A stretch of 64,000 nucleotides of DNA from Paragordius varius (Eukaryota > Animalia > Nematomorpha): assembly GCA_964247055.1 (NCBI GenBank), contig OZ176060.1, forward strand, positions 372,001-436,000. The letters run 5' to 3'. Every line of letters begins with the position of its first letter. The stretch's first letter is position 1. Shown here piece by piece: positions 39,483 to 51,229 of this stretch. The translations under genes and the position numbers were made by a program. A model generated the notes under the pieces. That model made no database searches. It had not been told where the DNA came from and worked only from the letters and a program-made list of their open reading frames with translations.

Positions 39483-40611
39483 CACTGCTCAACAAGGTTT
39501 TGCACCATTCCATTATTTTTGCATTTTCTGATACCTAATGGAAGGAAAAGCCAAAACAAAAAAGAAAATTGAGGCCACCAATAGGATTTTTCCAAAATTT
39601 AATTTTTAAATTTGTATTTAATTCAAAAATAACAATCATTCCTCGTGTACATATGTTTAAATATTCAAACAAGCAAGTTTTCAAGTAATATTCCATGCAT
39701 GAATAACAAAATTCTAGGCATTAATTAAGATACTAAACAAGCTAAGAGCCAAAGTATTAAAATCTAAAAGGGCTTAGTATAGTGTGATAGATCCGGGCGG
39801 CTGCACAAGCTCTGCATATCCCCCAAGCGATCCAATTATGCCAGATATGGCAAAGATAACAATAAGTAATCGTAAAGCCCGATAAGAGAGACTTGCAAGC
39901 AAAATCCAGGCAAATTGACATGTCAAATTAACCAATTCACAGAATAAAGTTAGATAAATTCTACAATTAAATTGAATAAAAAGATTAGGTAAATACAAAT
40001 GGTCCAATCCCATAATAGTTTCTACTAAAAGTGGCCACACAACATCCATCTGAAATTCAAAATACAAAACAACCAATAATTTTAAAAAATAAAGTATATC
40101 CACTAGGTATAAATGAAGGATTTTTTATAAGAACCAACTCAAGAGAAAAAGTCTAATAAGTACTCGAAAGAACGAAAACTAACAAAAAAAATATAGCCTA
40201 TCTGAAAGCCGAAGGTTTAAACCATAGAATGCCTTTTTTATTATTTTTTTAAAATTTTTTTATACGTATTAAAAATTCACTTGAAAGAAAAAGACTAAAT
40301 TTTGACGTTTAAGTCCGTACTATTTTTTTTCTGATATTTAAATGACATATTTATATTCAAAAGATAGAGTTTAAAACGCTTTATTAAATGATATTAAGTT
40401 TATAATATAATAACATTTTATTATAAAGTTATATTTAATTTTCTCTCGATTTTCTCTTGTTTTTGAAAATTTGAAAAACCTATAATATTTCAAAATTCTG
40501 ATTGGCGGGATCAAAAATTTTTTTACATTCGGTTTTAAAACACTGAAATTAGTCATAATTTAAAAAGTTTGAGTGGTGGTGCTCAAAAATGTCCAAATTT
40601 GTCGACTAGTG
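39483..40611 (+). mobile_element. Degenerate Tc1-like element with transposase N-terminal remnant
   Basis: Imperfect ends CACTGCTCAACAA / TTGTCGACTAGTG-TA. + strand DRSGRLHKL...IRETCKQNPGKLTCQI resembles the Tc1 GRPRK/HTH region, with many stops. Confidence 0.55.
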
Positions 40612-41247
40612 TAATTAGTCAATATGGGAGGGCACTTTATTTATATAATGAAAACGGAATTATTCCATTTTTATGATAATATATTTGTTTATTGAAATAA
40701 AAATTAAAGTATGATTCTATTAGAAAGGTGAAAGATTTCACCAAACCTTAGTTATTTACAACTAATTAAGTTTTAAAATAAAATTTTTAAAAATATATTA
40801 TATAGTTTATAAATAAACTCAAGAAACAAATGTTGTCTAGTGTGGTCCCTCTATATTTGTATCAGAGAATAGTAAAATTTAAAAAGATAAATGGACGCCA
40901 TCTATTTTACACAAAATTATATTTTTGTATTTTTAAGTACATCAATCTCTATTATAAAAGTTAATAAAAATTTATATTAACAAATATATAAGGTATACAT
41001 TTGAAGAAAGCTGTGTTTAAATATTTAAGCAATTTCATTAAATAATCGAGCTAAAACGTTTATAAACAGTATTTTGTTATTATGTAATATCGGCAAATAA
41101 TATTTAACTTATAAATTAAGTACTGTTTTTCCATAATCTATTTCGAAAAGCTAAGTACACGAAAAAAAGTTGTCGCATAAAAAAAGTAAAGGGGTGAAAT
41201 TACAAAAAGTGTAATTTTATGATTATTTTATATGTTGAATTACGTGT

Positions 41248-42138
41248 TCATTTATGTACATTTTTAATATGGCTGGCAAGACTGCTTTTTTTTGTATATT
41301 CCTTTTTACAAATCGGACATTCATGTTTAATTTTTCTGTGAACACCCTGAATATGTGTTGCAAGATTGCCTTTTTGAGAAAAATTAGTTTTACAAATCGG
41401 ACATTCATGTTTTATTTTCTCATGAACTGAGTATATGTGCCTTCCAAGATTCCCTTTGTTAGAAAACATTTTTGAACAAATTTTGCACAAATATTTAATT
41501 TGTTCATGAACCGAATGAATATGATTGGTCAAGCCGCTTTTATCCTTATAAATCTTATCACATTGAATACATCGAAAATTATTACCCAATTTTGTAGAAT
41601 TTAAATATTCAATAGGATTTGCATTATTATTGTTATCATTAAATAAATTGTTAATATCATTCAAGCTTATGCCATTGGAATCAACATTTAACCATACCGA
41701 GCTTATATCTTTTACATATTTTGGTGATTTTTTTAGAGAAAGATCTAAAGGTTCTGTCTGTTCTCCTACCAAATCAATAATTAGGGTATCTTTGTTGGTT
41801 TTAGTATCATTTTTATTTTCATAGTCTAAATTTTTATTTTGTTGAATATTTTCGTTTTTATGTTCCCTTAAATGACAAAGGTTATGGAAAGAAGCGTTCA
41901 AAATTATCCGTAAATCATCATTTGTAAAGTCTTCGTTTTCCAATAAATCAATAAAAGATGCCGGTTTACCTGGATTATCAATATACTTTTCTTGCTGATT
42001 TTTGAGTTCTACTTTATAAAGTTTTGTATCGAGATCACACCAAAGTTTGTAAGTCGAATCGCCAAAATCTAAAATATATGTTTCATTTAATTGTAAAAAA
42101 TGATTTATAAATGATGAAAAATTTACACAGCCCAACAA
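41248..42138 (-). CDS. C2H2 zinc-finger protein with 4 intact fingers and a PLDLS motif
   Basis: Open 296-aa frame: N-terminal domain DFGDSTYKLWCDLD...HK, EPLDLSLKK (41736-41750), fingers FRCIQC..H, YLCKIC..H, HECPIC..H x2, normal stop. The first about 20 aa of the track ORF are probably intronic. Confidence 0.85.
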   Translation of the reverse strand: MLGCVNFSSFINHFLQLNETYILDFGDSTYKLWCDLDTKLYKVELKNQQEKYIDNPGKPASFIDLLENEDFTNDDLRIILNASFHNLCHLREHKNENIQQNKNLDYENKNDTKTNKDTLIIDLVGEQTEPLDLSLKKSPKYVKDISSVWLNVDSNGISLNDINNLFNDNNNNANPIEYLNSTKLGNNFRCIQCDKIYKDKSGLTNHIHSVHEQIKYLCKICSKMFSNKGNLGRHIYSVHEKIKHECPICKTNFSQKGNLATHIQGVHRKIKHECPICKKEYTKKSSLASHIKNVHK

Positions 42139-43249
42139 AATGGTTTAAAACCCAGTTGATATTTTGTAAATATAAAAATTTTAAATGCAAACATTAAAAC
42201 AGTACAGTAATGATTAAAATTAACATATAAAAAGCATAAAGAAAAATATTTTTATGAAAACCATACTTAATAAAAGAAAAATTTTTCTGCATTAACTATT
42301 ATATTACGTGTGATAGTTGGAATTGATTATATTAATAATTACATCTTTTGGCCTATTTTGCATGGCTATAAAAAAATATTTTCGGCTTTTCCTTATATCT
42401 GTTTTTGGATATTATTAAAATTAGATTTAGTCTCAAATTTTGACTTAAATAGAAATCCAATATTATTGTAAGGTTGCATAAAGTCGCTTATAAAACTCGG
42501 TGAAATTTAATACAGTGAAAATTAAGTGTTGTTGACTTTATGAAATTAAAAGAATGTTTTAAAGAAAAAACACAGGTATATTTTTTAATTATATTAGATT
42601 TTATTAATAAAAATATAAATGAATAATAGTATTAGGTAATAAATATTTAATATTTATTAGTTAAATCAATGGAATAGAATGTTTTAATTTTTACGAATTA
42701 AATATATTTTTTGAAAGTAGAAAATTTATTAATTTTTAAGTTAATCATTATTTAAAATAAATAAAAATAATTAAATAAGCAATAATAAATGTAAATCTAA
42801 AAGTATAAAATTTATAAATTAATATGTTATATATTGATGATATTTGAAAACAAAAAAATAATATGATAATAAAAAAAATTGAGTTTTAAATATAATGATA
42901 TTAAAATTAAATATATTTAATATATATGCAAAATTTTAAAATAATATTAATTAAATATAAAAATTATAAAATATACCCATTTTCCAAATAATTTGAATAT
43001 TTTAACGAATAATAAAAAGCAGACAATTAGAAACCGTTAAAAAATGAAATCGTCTGTCGTTTTATTTTATATTTAATTTATTCTTTTTTAATTATTTTAT
43101 GGTAAAACTATATTTTAAAAAAAATAATTTAATTATTAAAAATAATTTTTAATATCTAATATTTATAAAACAGCCAAGCTTTATTTATTAACATTATTAG
43201 ATTATATTTTATTAATTAATAAAATATTTTTTTTTAAAAAAACCACCCT

Positions 43250-43520
43250 GAAACTTTCCGTGCGGCCCGCTAAAAGCTTTAATCCAGAATTTACAAAAAC
43301 AATACAAAATCTTGGTTAAATTGATATTCCTTAGGTGATTTTTTCTAAATTAGTCTACCTATCGAATGGAAAGAATGTCAAATAATTATTGCCTCCGTTT
43401 TCTTGTTAAAAATTTATGTTTAAAATTTCATCAATTATTTATAAATATCCATATTTATTTCGAATGCAGCTGGTAGTAGTTAAAATGCGGCCCGCAAAGT
43501 CATTGTATTAGACCCCCCTG
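43250..43520 (-). mobile_element. hAT-type MITE at the orthologous position upstream of the 41-kb ZNF
   Basis: GCGGCCCGC motifs and ATTAGACCCCCCTG terminus. Confidence 0.7.
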
Positions 43521-44349
43521 CTTCACATTGATTGAATTTGAAGTTGATTGATGTAATATTTTTTGTGTAAACTTCCTTAAATATAACCGCCTTTTTTAAA
43601 TAAAATGCTAGTTTAAGATAATAATCAATTTATTTTATTAATGATCGTTAACTTAATTTATGAGAAAATATTTAACAAATTGAACATGGTAGTTAATAAA
43701 GAAACCGTCTGTTCTCCTACAAATCAATTATCAAGGGGCTTTCGTAAAATTTAATAAAGTTTTTGTCTTCGCTGTTAGCCAATAGATATAGTTGAGTATT
43801 TTTTATCTTCCCATAAGTTAAAAAAATTTATGAATTATCAAATCATCAATTTTAATGAAATATTAATTATAAAACTATAAAATATCTATTCTTGGTCAAA
43901 TTTTAATCAAGCATGAAACAAATGACCCAAAAACCATTTAGCATTTTTTAAATTATTAGCAGTACCTTATAATTTAATTAGATGACATATTTTTATTATA
44001 TGTATTATAATTGTACTAGGCTCTTGGCACAAATTTAAATCACTAATAATTAAATTAATATTGATTCTTTATAAGAAGTAATAGGCATTTTTTCACTTTT
44101 ATGAGGGTAATATGTATTTATTATCAATTCTATAAAATAACACCCTCTCCTATGATGGTATTGAAGTCACCTAGATAAATTTTTGACTATAAATAAATAT
44201 TTGTTTAAAATTCTCAAAATTATAATAAAAACCCACAACCCATCTAGGATATAGGCGGGCTATGTGCCCCTTCGTAAGTTATGTGAACTCAATAAAAACT
44301 TATTCTCCCTTTTTGTTTCCCGAAATAATATATAAAAAGGTACAATATA

Positions 44350-44586
44350 CAGTAAAAACCGAAATTATACAGACAAAACGTTAAATAAAAAATATTTTTT
44401 TTCAAACCTTAATTTTTTATATAAATATAATTACAATCATAAAATATATAATTTATTGTGTCACTAATATAGATATCAATTCTATAGTGTGCAATTTAAA
44501 AGATTATATTTAAAAAAATGAAGCTTATGTCTTGTGAAAAAAATTTGTTTATATTACGTTTTGTCCGTATAATTTAGCTTTTACTG
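44350..44586. mobile_element. pogo/Tc1-like MITE, 237 bp
   Basis: TA-CAGTAAAAACCGAAATTATACAGACAAAACG ... CGTTTTGTCCGTATAATTTAGCTTTTACTG-TA. Confidence 0.8.
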
Positions 44587-45240
44587 TACAAACTTAGGTA
44601 TACAATTAGTACTTTTTCATGTGTAAAAATTGTACTGGCAAATAGTAACCATATATAGACAAATTTCAAGACAAACATATTTTAAATTTAAACATTTTGA
44701 ATCTTTATTTTAGTATAAGGAAGTAAAACACACTATTTTATAAGTTATAACTAAACAATTTATTGGGGAAAAATATATGTTTGAAAGAATATGGTTGTTT
44801 TATGTTTTTACATTTATCCGTATATTTTCAATAATTACTCTATCTAAAAACTTTTTAATTGATAAGAATAACATTTTTCCGTATAAATGTTAGATTGTTT
44901 GATTTTCATACATGTTACAAAAATCAAATTTTTATAAATTTTATTTGGTACTATGAGGAGCTAATAATTAGAAATTTATTAGAAATTGATACCAATCTTA
45001 TCGTTTACGTTTCAATCAAAACATATCTTTTAAGAAAATAAAGGTTAAAATTTTGTCTTCTTAATAAAACCTAAATAAATTTTTAACATTTTTTCTTTTT
45101 TAAACAAAACCATTACTAAAAACAATAACAATGTCGTAAAATAGAAAAGTTAAAACCTAATATAAAAAATTATGTGTATATTATTTAATTACAATTATTA
45201 TATATATAGTTAATTGTTTCACCAATATTTCATACATTGA

Positions 45241-48200
45241 TTGTTGTTGTTGTTGTTTGCTAAAGTCGATTACGACTAATTGCAACATTGAAAATAAAGC
45301 TTCTCCATTCACTGCGATTACCGGATCTGTCGTTTAGTCCGGATAATGATTGGTTGGTTTCTTTGACGATGTTATCCATCCAACGAGTTCGTCTTCTCCC
45401 TCTTTTACGAGCACCACTCACTTTCCCCAGCATCAGTGATTTCTCAAGTGAGCTGGATCTCATGATGTGCCCGAAGAAGGAGAGTTTTTGCCGTGTTAAG
45501 CTGCCCAGAAGTGACATTTCTGGGTTAATTTTATTTAGAATGGTGGTGTTTGAAACTTTGTCTGTCCATTTTGTTTGAAGAAGTTTCTTCCAAACCCATA
45601 ATTCGAAAGAATTTATTAGACGTTCATCATATTTTTTCAGTGTCCAGCTTTCCCCCCCATACATGAATGTGGGGAAAACTGTAGCTTTGATTAATCTGAT
45701 TTTGGTATGTAGTTTAATGTCATGTGACATCCAAATCCTGTTATATTTAAAAGTTACTGCTTTAGCAATAGCAATTCTTCGCTTTATTTCAGGCGTCGAG
45801 TTGTTCTCATTATTAATAATGCTACCTAAGTACGTGTAGCTGCTAACTGTTTCGATCTGGTTGCCGTTGAGGATTATTGGATTGGTTTGAGCCGGATTTA
45901 TTTGCATGACTTTTGTTTTTTTGAAATTGATATTTAATCCAAATTCATTGCATTCAGTTGTAAACACTTGCAAAGCTTGCGATAATGTGTCTACACTGTC
46001 TGCGAATAAGACTGTATCATCCGCGTAGTGAACGGATGTAAGTAGGTTGCCACCTACGTTGATGCCGTAAGTTTGTGGGATATTTCTTATAATGCACTCC
46101 AGGTATGCGTTAAAAAGAATTGGTGATAAAACGCATCCTTGTCGGAGGCCGACTTGTACCATACATGGGTCAGATATACCGTATGGTGTGGATACTATGG
46201 CCGTGGAGTTTGAATAAATTGAAAATATGATATTGATTAAATGTGTTGAAACTCCGAGTTGTTTAAGAGCTTTCCGTAGTTTATTGTGCTGGATGGAATC
46301 AAATGCTTTGGAAAAATCGACAAAGCACATATGCAATTCTTTGTTAAATTCGATGTGTTTCTCAATTATCCACCTCATGTTACATATCATATCTCGGCAG
46401 CCTCTACCTTTTCGAAAACCAGCTTGAATCGTGGATATTTCGGGGTCAAGAATGGAATTTAGACGAAACTGTATTATTTTTAGAAAAACTTTGGACACCT
46501 GGTTTATGAGCGCTATGGTGCGATAGTTGTCACACAGTTCTGGGTTACCCTTTTTTAAAATCGGAATCATAATGGATGTACACCAATCCTCAGAAATTTT
46601 TTCCATCTCAAATATGGTTTGAAATAATTTGGTGAGTATATCGATTGGAATGTATTTTATTATTTCAGTAGGGATGTCTTTGTGGCCCTCTGATTTACCG
46701 GTGCTAGAGTGTTTTATAGCGAGTTCCACTTCTTCTTTCATAATAGGTGGTTCTTTTTGTTGAGTAAGTTCGTTAATAGTTGGGGGGTTATTTACATTGT
46801 ATAGTTTGTTTATATGTTTGTGCCATAGTTTGCGAATTTCGTCTTTTTCAGTGACTATTGAGTTGTCGTCGTTTCTCATAGGTCCCTTATAAAAAACTTT
46901 TTTGTGTGGAATAATATTGTTTGCATGGGCAAAAAGGTTTTGGTTATTTTTGGCGTCTGTTTCTAATTTTTCACATAGTTGGTCATAATACTTATTTGTG
47001 TCTTCTCTTGCACTCTTCTGAAATTCACTGTTTAGTTGTTTATATTCATCCCATTTGCATTTGATTTTGGATTCTCTACGTTTTTCTGCGATCTCGAGAC
47101 TTTTGGTTGACAATTTTATTTTTTGTTTATTGCGTTTGAGAGGCCGAATGAATTCGTCGGCTGTGTCTCGGCAGATTGTATATATATCGTTCCAAAAGAG
47201 GTTTATATCCTGATAGTTTTCGGAATTATGATCAAGACAATCGAAACGATTTGATAAAGTGGTGCTAAACTTGTCGTCGATTGTATCATAATCTAATCTT
47301 GTTCTTGTGGGTTTGGATGTTTTAGGAAGTTGTAATTTGATTCGGAGTTTGGCAATCAATAGGTTGTGGTCGCTGTAGCAATCCGATCCTGGTAGGCATT
47401 TGACATTTTGAAATGAACTTTTGTATTTTACCATACCTAATATGAAATCAATCTGGTTACGGTATCTTTGACACGGGGAACGCCATGTGTATAGACGTCG
47501 TTTGGGCTGTTTAAAAAAGCTGTTTGCGATGAAGAAACGATGGTTAGCACAAAATTCAATCAATCTGTCTCCTCTCTCATTTTTTATGCCCAAGCCCATG
47601 CCGCCCGTCATAGGAGGTGTTTTGTCTGTTCCGATGATTGAATTAAAATCTCCTAAGATAAATATGATATCCTTTTTTGAAATTTGGGAAATCGCCAAGT
47701 CGAGATCGCTATAAAATTTTTCACAGTCGTCATCGCTGTAAGAGGAGGTAGGTGCATAAATTTGAAGGATGGTAATGGGTTGAGGGGTTGTTTGTATGCG
47801 GATTGCGATAATGCGATCATTGATTGGATTAAAAATGTCCGATAAGTTAGCTAGTTTTTTGTTCATTATTATGCCGACACCGTTGTATTTTGACGAGTCG
47901 TGGCCGGAATAATACAAAATATGATTGTCAAATTCTAAGGTTCCGGTAGAGGGGATGTGTGATTCTGAAATTCCTAGTATGTCAATTTTATGCTTAGTCA
48001 TCTCGTTAACGACAATATCTAGTTTGTGGTTGTTGTAGGATCCGCGTAAATTCCAAGTGGCGATGCGGATGCTGAGATTGCGTGATTTCAACATTGACAG
48101 AATGTCCTTGGAATGAAAGAATGTGAATAGGAAATATGTTATGGATATGTAAGGAATAGGATCTAACTATTTCTAATATTCGGAGAAGGTAAAAATCAAT
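45241..48200 (-). mobile_element. Apparently full-length RTE-clade LINE (family RTE-A) with (CAA)n tail; 5' boundary approximate
   Basis: Single intact APE-RT ORF; (TTG)5 at 45241-45257 is the CAA tail on the minus strand. Confidence 0.9.
45260..48094 (-). CDS. APE endonuclease + reverse transcriptase polyprotein (944 aa)
   Basis: Endonuclease motifs ATWNLR, LGISESH, GDFN, NQIDFI, SDH; RT motifs QAGFRKGRG, FVDFSKAFD, GLRQGCVLSP, YADD; C-terminal FFGHIMR and RGRRRTRWMD typical of RTE. Confidence 0.95.
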   Translation of the reverse strand: MLKSRNLSIRIATWNLRGSYNNHKLDIVVNEMTKHKIDILGISESHIPSTGTLEFDNHILYYSGHDSSKYNGVGIIMNKKLANLSDIFNPINDRIIAIRIQTTPQPITILQIYAPTSSYSDDDCEKFYSDLDLAISQISKKDIIFILGDFNSIIGTDKTPPMTGGMGLGIKNERGDRLIEFCANHRFFIANSFFKQPKRRLYTWRSPCQRYRNQIDFILGMVKYKSSFQNVKCLPGSDCYSDHNLLIAKLRIKLQLPKTSKPTRTRLDYDTIDDKFSTTLSNRFDCLDHNSENYQDINLFWNDIYTICRDTADEFIRPLKRNKQKIKLSTKSLEIAEKRRESKIKCKWDEYKQLNSEFQKSAREDTNKYYDQLCEKLETDAKNNQNLFAHANNIIPHKKVFYKGPMRNDDNSIVTEKDEIRKLWHKHINKLYNVNNPPTINELTQQKEPPIMKEEVELAIKHSSTGKSEGHKDIPTEIIKYIPIDILTKLFQTIFEMEKISEDWCTSIMIPILKKGNPELCDNYRTIALINQVSKVFLKIIQFRLNSILDPEISTIQAGFRKGRGCRDMICNMRWIIEKHIEFNKELHMCFVDFSKAFDSIQHNKLRKALKQLGVSTHLINIIFSIYSNSTAIVSTPYGISDPCMVQVGLRQGCVLSPILFNAYLECIIRNIPQTYGINVGGNLLTSVHYADDTVLFADSVDTLSQALQVFTTECNEFGLNINFKKTKVMQINPAQTNPIILNGNQIETVSSYTYLGSIINNENNSTPEIKRRIAIAKAVTFKYNRIWMSHDIKLHTKIRLIKATVFPTFMYGGESWTLKKYDERLINSFELWVWKKLLQTKWTDKVSNTTILNKINPEMSLLGSLTRQKLSFFGHIMRSSSLEKSLMLGKVSGARKRGRRRTRWMDNIVKETNQSLSGLNDRSGNRSEWRSFIFNVAISRNRL

Positions 48201-48306
48201 GTTTTTGGTAAAAAGATCGATAAGAGATGGGTAGGTATATCATACCTTTCCCACTCGATTAAAAGCATGTGTTTACATGCGTGTGTAATAAGTTTTCAAT
48301 TCCTAC

Positions 48307-50910
48307 ATGGAAAGCCATAATTCTAAAATAAGCTCCCGTAATTTAGAATTAAATATGGCCACCTGGAATACCTGTGGGACTTCAGATAACAAATTGGATA
48401 TAATAATTCGCGAGATGAAACGTTTAAACATCCATGTGTTAGGGCTGTCGGAGACTCATATGCAACATAACTCACACAAAATATACGACAATTACTCGTT
48501 TTATAACTCTGGCGGGGAACTCAAACGAAATGGATGCGGTTTCTTAACATCGAATAATCTTGCCAAACATACTGATATATATAGACCTATCTCCGATCGT
48601 ATTATATCCCTACGAATCAACACCAGACCCCAGGCTATAACAATATATCAAATCTATGCCCCTACGAGTGTTTCACCCGAAGACGAATGTGAAAAGTTCC
48701 ATAATGAATTACAAATGGCTCTCTGTGAAACATCCAAAAAAGACATAACTTTCATCATCGGCGATTTTAACGCTATCATAGCTAACGATAAAACAGACAA
48801 GGTCACCGGTGGAAAAAGCCTTGGTAAAGTGAAAAACCCCCGTGGTGAAAGGCTAATTGATTTTTGCCAACAAAACAATCTCTTTATAGCGAACACGTTT
48901 TTCAAACAACCTAAGAGACGGCTCTACACCTGGACCTCACCGTGTCGTAAACACAGGAATCAGATAGATTACATATTAGGAATGCAAAAATACAAAAGCT
49001 CATTTCAAAACATCCGGTGCTACTCGAGTGCAGACTGCAACTCAGATCATAACCTATTAATGGCCAAGATCAAAATAAAGCTACAACTTCCTCAGCCGCA
49101 AAAAAATTTTCCAAAACTAAATTGAACTACAAACTTATACCTGCCGATTTTACTCCAATCCTTAACAATAAATTTGAATCCCTAAAATACGAAACATTGA
49201 ACACAGATGATCTTTGGTCTACTATTCACATAATTACCATCGAAACAGCTAAAGAATATATACCGCCCGCCACAACAAAAAACAAAAAATTCACCATATC
49301 ACAACAAAGCATCGACCTAATTGAACAGAGAAGAGTAGCAAAATCCAAGGGCACTCCCCTTGAGTACAAAAATATTAATAATGAACTACAAAAAAGTATA
49401 AGATTTGACAAAGAATCTCATTATAATACAATCTGCGCTAACCTCGGGCAAGCTGCTAAATTTAATCACAACTATTTCTCTTATATTAAAGACATTCAAC
49501 CGCGCAAAAAACAAATATACAAAGGTCCTATGTCTCATTCAAACGGAAAACTTCTAACCGATAAAAAAGGAGTAATTAAACTCTGGGAAGAATACATCCA
49601 AAATTTATTCTCAAAACAATCAAATATAACTGCCATGAACTCTGAACAAACTTATGACACTCCTATACTAAAAGAAGAAATTGAATGGGCCCTGAAGCAT
49701 TCATCAACCGGCAAAGCAGAAGGATTCAATGATATCCCTACCGAGTTACAAAGACACATTCCCATAAAATTAATTCTTTCGTTATTTCAAAAAATTTTCA
49801 ACGAGGCGACATTCCCGACGGACTGGAACAAATCACTAGTGGTCCCTATATTCAAAAAGGGCGATCCTAAACTATGTGAAAATTACCGTACAATAGCTTT
49901 GATCAATCAAACCTCAAAGGTTTTCCTAAAAATAATACAAAACCGTCTACAACCATATGTAAACCGGAAATATCAATGACACAGGCAGGCTTTAGAGAAA
50001 AAAGAGGATGCCGAGACATGATCTCAAACCTTAGATGGATAATGGAAAAAAACTGAATTCCAAAATGAGCTACACCTATGTTTCGTGGATTTCTCTAAAG
50101 CCTTCGATACCGTTCAACATGATATTCTCTGGAAGGCCCTTAAACAAATAGGAGTTTCCGATCACTTAATCAAACTAATTAAATCCATATACTCCAACTC
50201 CTACCTATCACTTAACACCCCGCATGGCCCAACCTCTTGGAGCCCAATGAACATAGGTCTGCGTCAAGACTGCATTTTATTCCCCATGTTGTTCAACATA
50301 TATTTAGAATGTATCATGAGGGATCTAAATCTGTCAGGAATAAAAGTAGGGGGTCACACTCTGACGACTCTCCACTACGCAGACGACACGGTTATCTTAG
50401 CAAATTCACAAACAAACCTCGAAAACACTCTCCGAACTTTTATAAATGTGTGCAAAAAATACAATCTTACATTAAACCTCAACAAAACTAAAATTTTACA
50501 TATCAACTCCCCTCATTCCTATGACTCGCTTCGGATTAATGGTGAAACAATTCAAGTAGTCAACGAATACACATACCTTGGAAGCATAATCAACAACTTA
50601 AGCTCCACTTCCCAAGAAATAAGAAGACGCATAGCTATCGCCAAATGCGCTCTATCCTCACACTACAAATTATGGAAATCTCATGACATAACCCTTAAAA
50701 CAAAAATCCGACTAGTAAATGCATTAATCTTTCCTATCATGTTATACGGGTGTGAAAGCTGGACTATCAAAAGTGAAGACGAAAAAAGAATAAACGCGTT
50801 TGAAATGTTTTGCTGGTGAAAGATACTTGGTATAACATGGAAGGACAAAATAAAGAATATCGACATTGTAAATAAAATTAACGCACAAACAACGCTTCGG
50901 GGTAAAATAA
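48307..50910 (+). mobile_element. Second RTE-clade LINE (family RTE-B), frameshifted and 3'-truncated
   Basis: Endonuclease 48307-49125, linker 49122-49979, RT 49980-50819 (YADD present). At least three frameshifts, an in-frame stop at 50817, and it ends before the FGHI motif. Confidence 0.92.
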
Positions 50911-51229
50911 TAAAACAATGAGTTACATTGAAGTAAATAAGGATTATGGATGTCTTTTATAAAAAAATATATTTGTATAGATGATATTTTACGTTTTGTC
51001 CATAGAATTTCAATTTTTACTGGTTTAATTTTTTAATTATATTCTCCATTTTTCGAGCATACTTAGATTTTTCAACGCCCGCCTATGGGGATTAAAATTA
51101 TTCTAATGACCGAAATTTAAAAGCAGTAGTATAAAAGGATTTTTTTCAAGGGCGACTATAAAATAGCGATATATATACATATATATATGCATATATACCA
51201 TTTACAATACAAAATCAAACTTAAATTCG

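Noticed and set aside
39774-40103. 109-aa hydrophobic minus-strand ORF
   Set aside because: Antisense to the degenerate Tc1 transposase remnant on the + strand.
45225-45240. ATTTCATACATTGA resembling ATTTCAACATTGA at about 48085 as a possible target-site duplication
   Set aside because: Imperfect, and the second copy overlaps the LINE start codon, so it cannot be the outer boundary.
45288-48905. Antisense ORFs at 45288, 46227, 47487 and 48654 (also 49226, 50237, 50681, 59593, 60201, 60464)
   Set aside because: Opposite-strand or alternate-frame shadows of LINE coding sequence.
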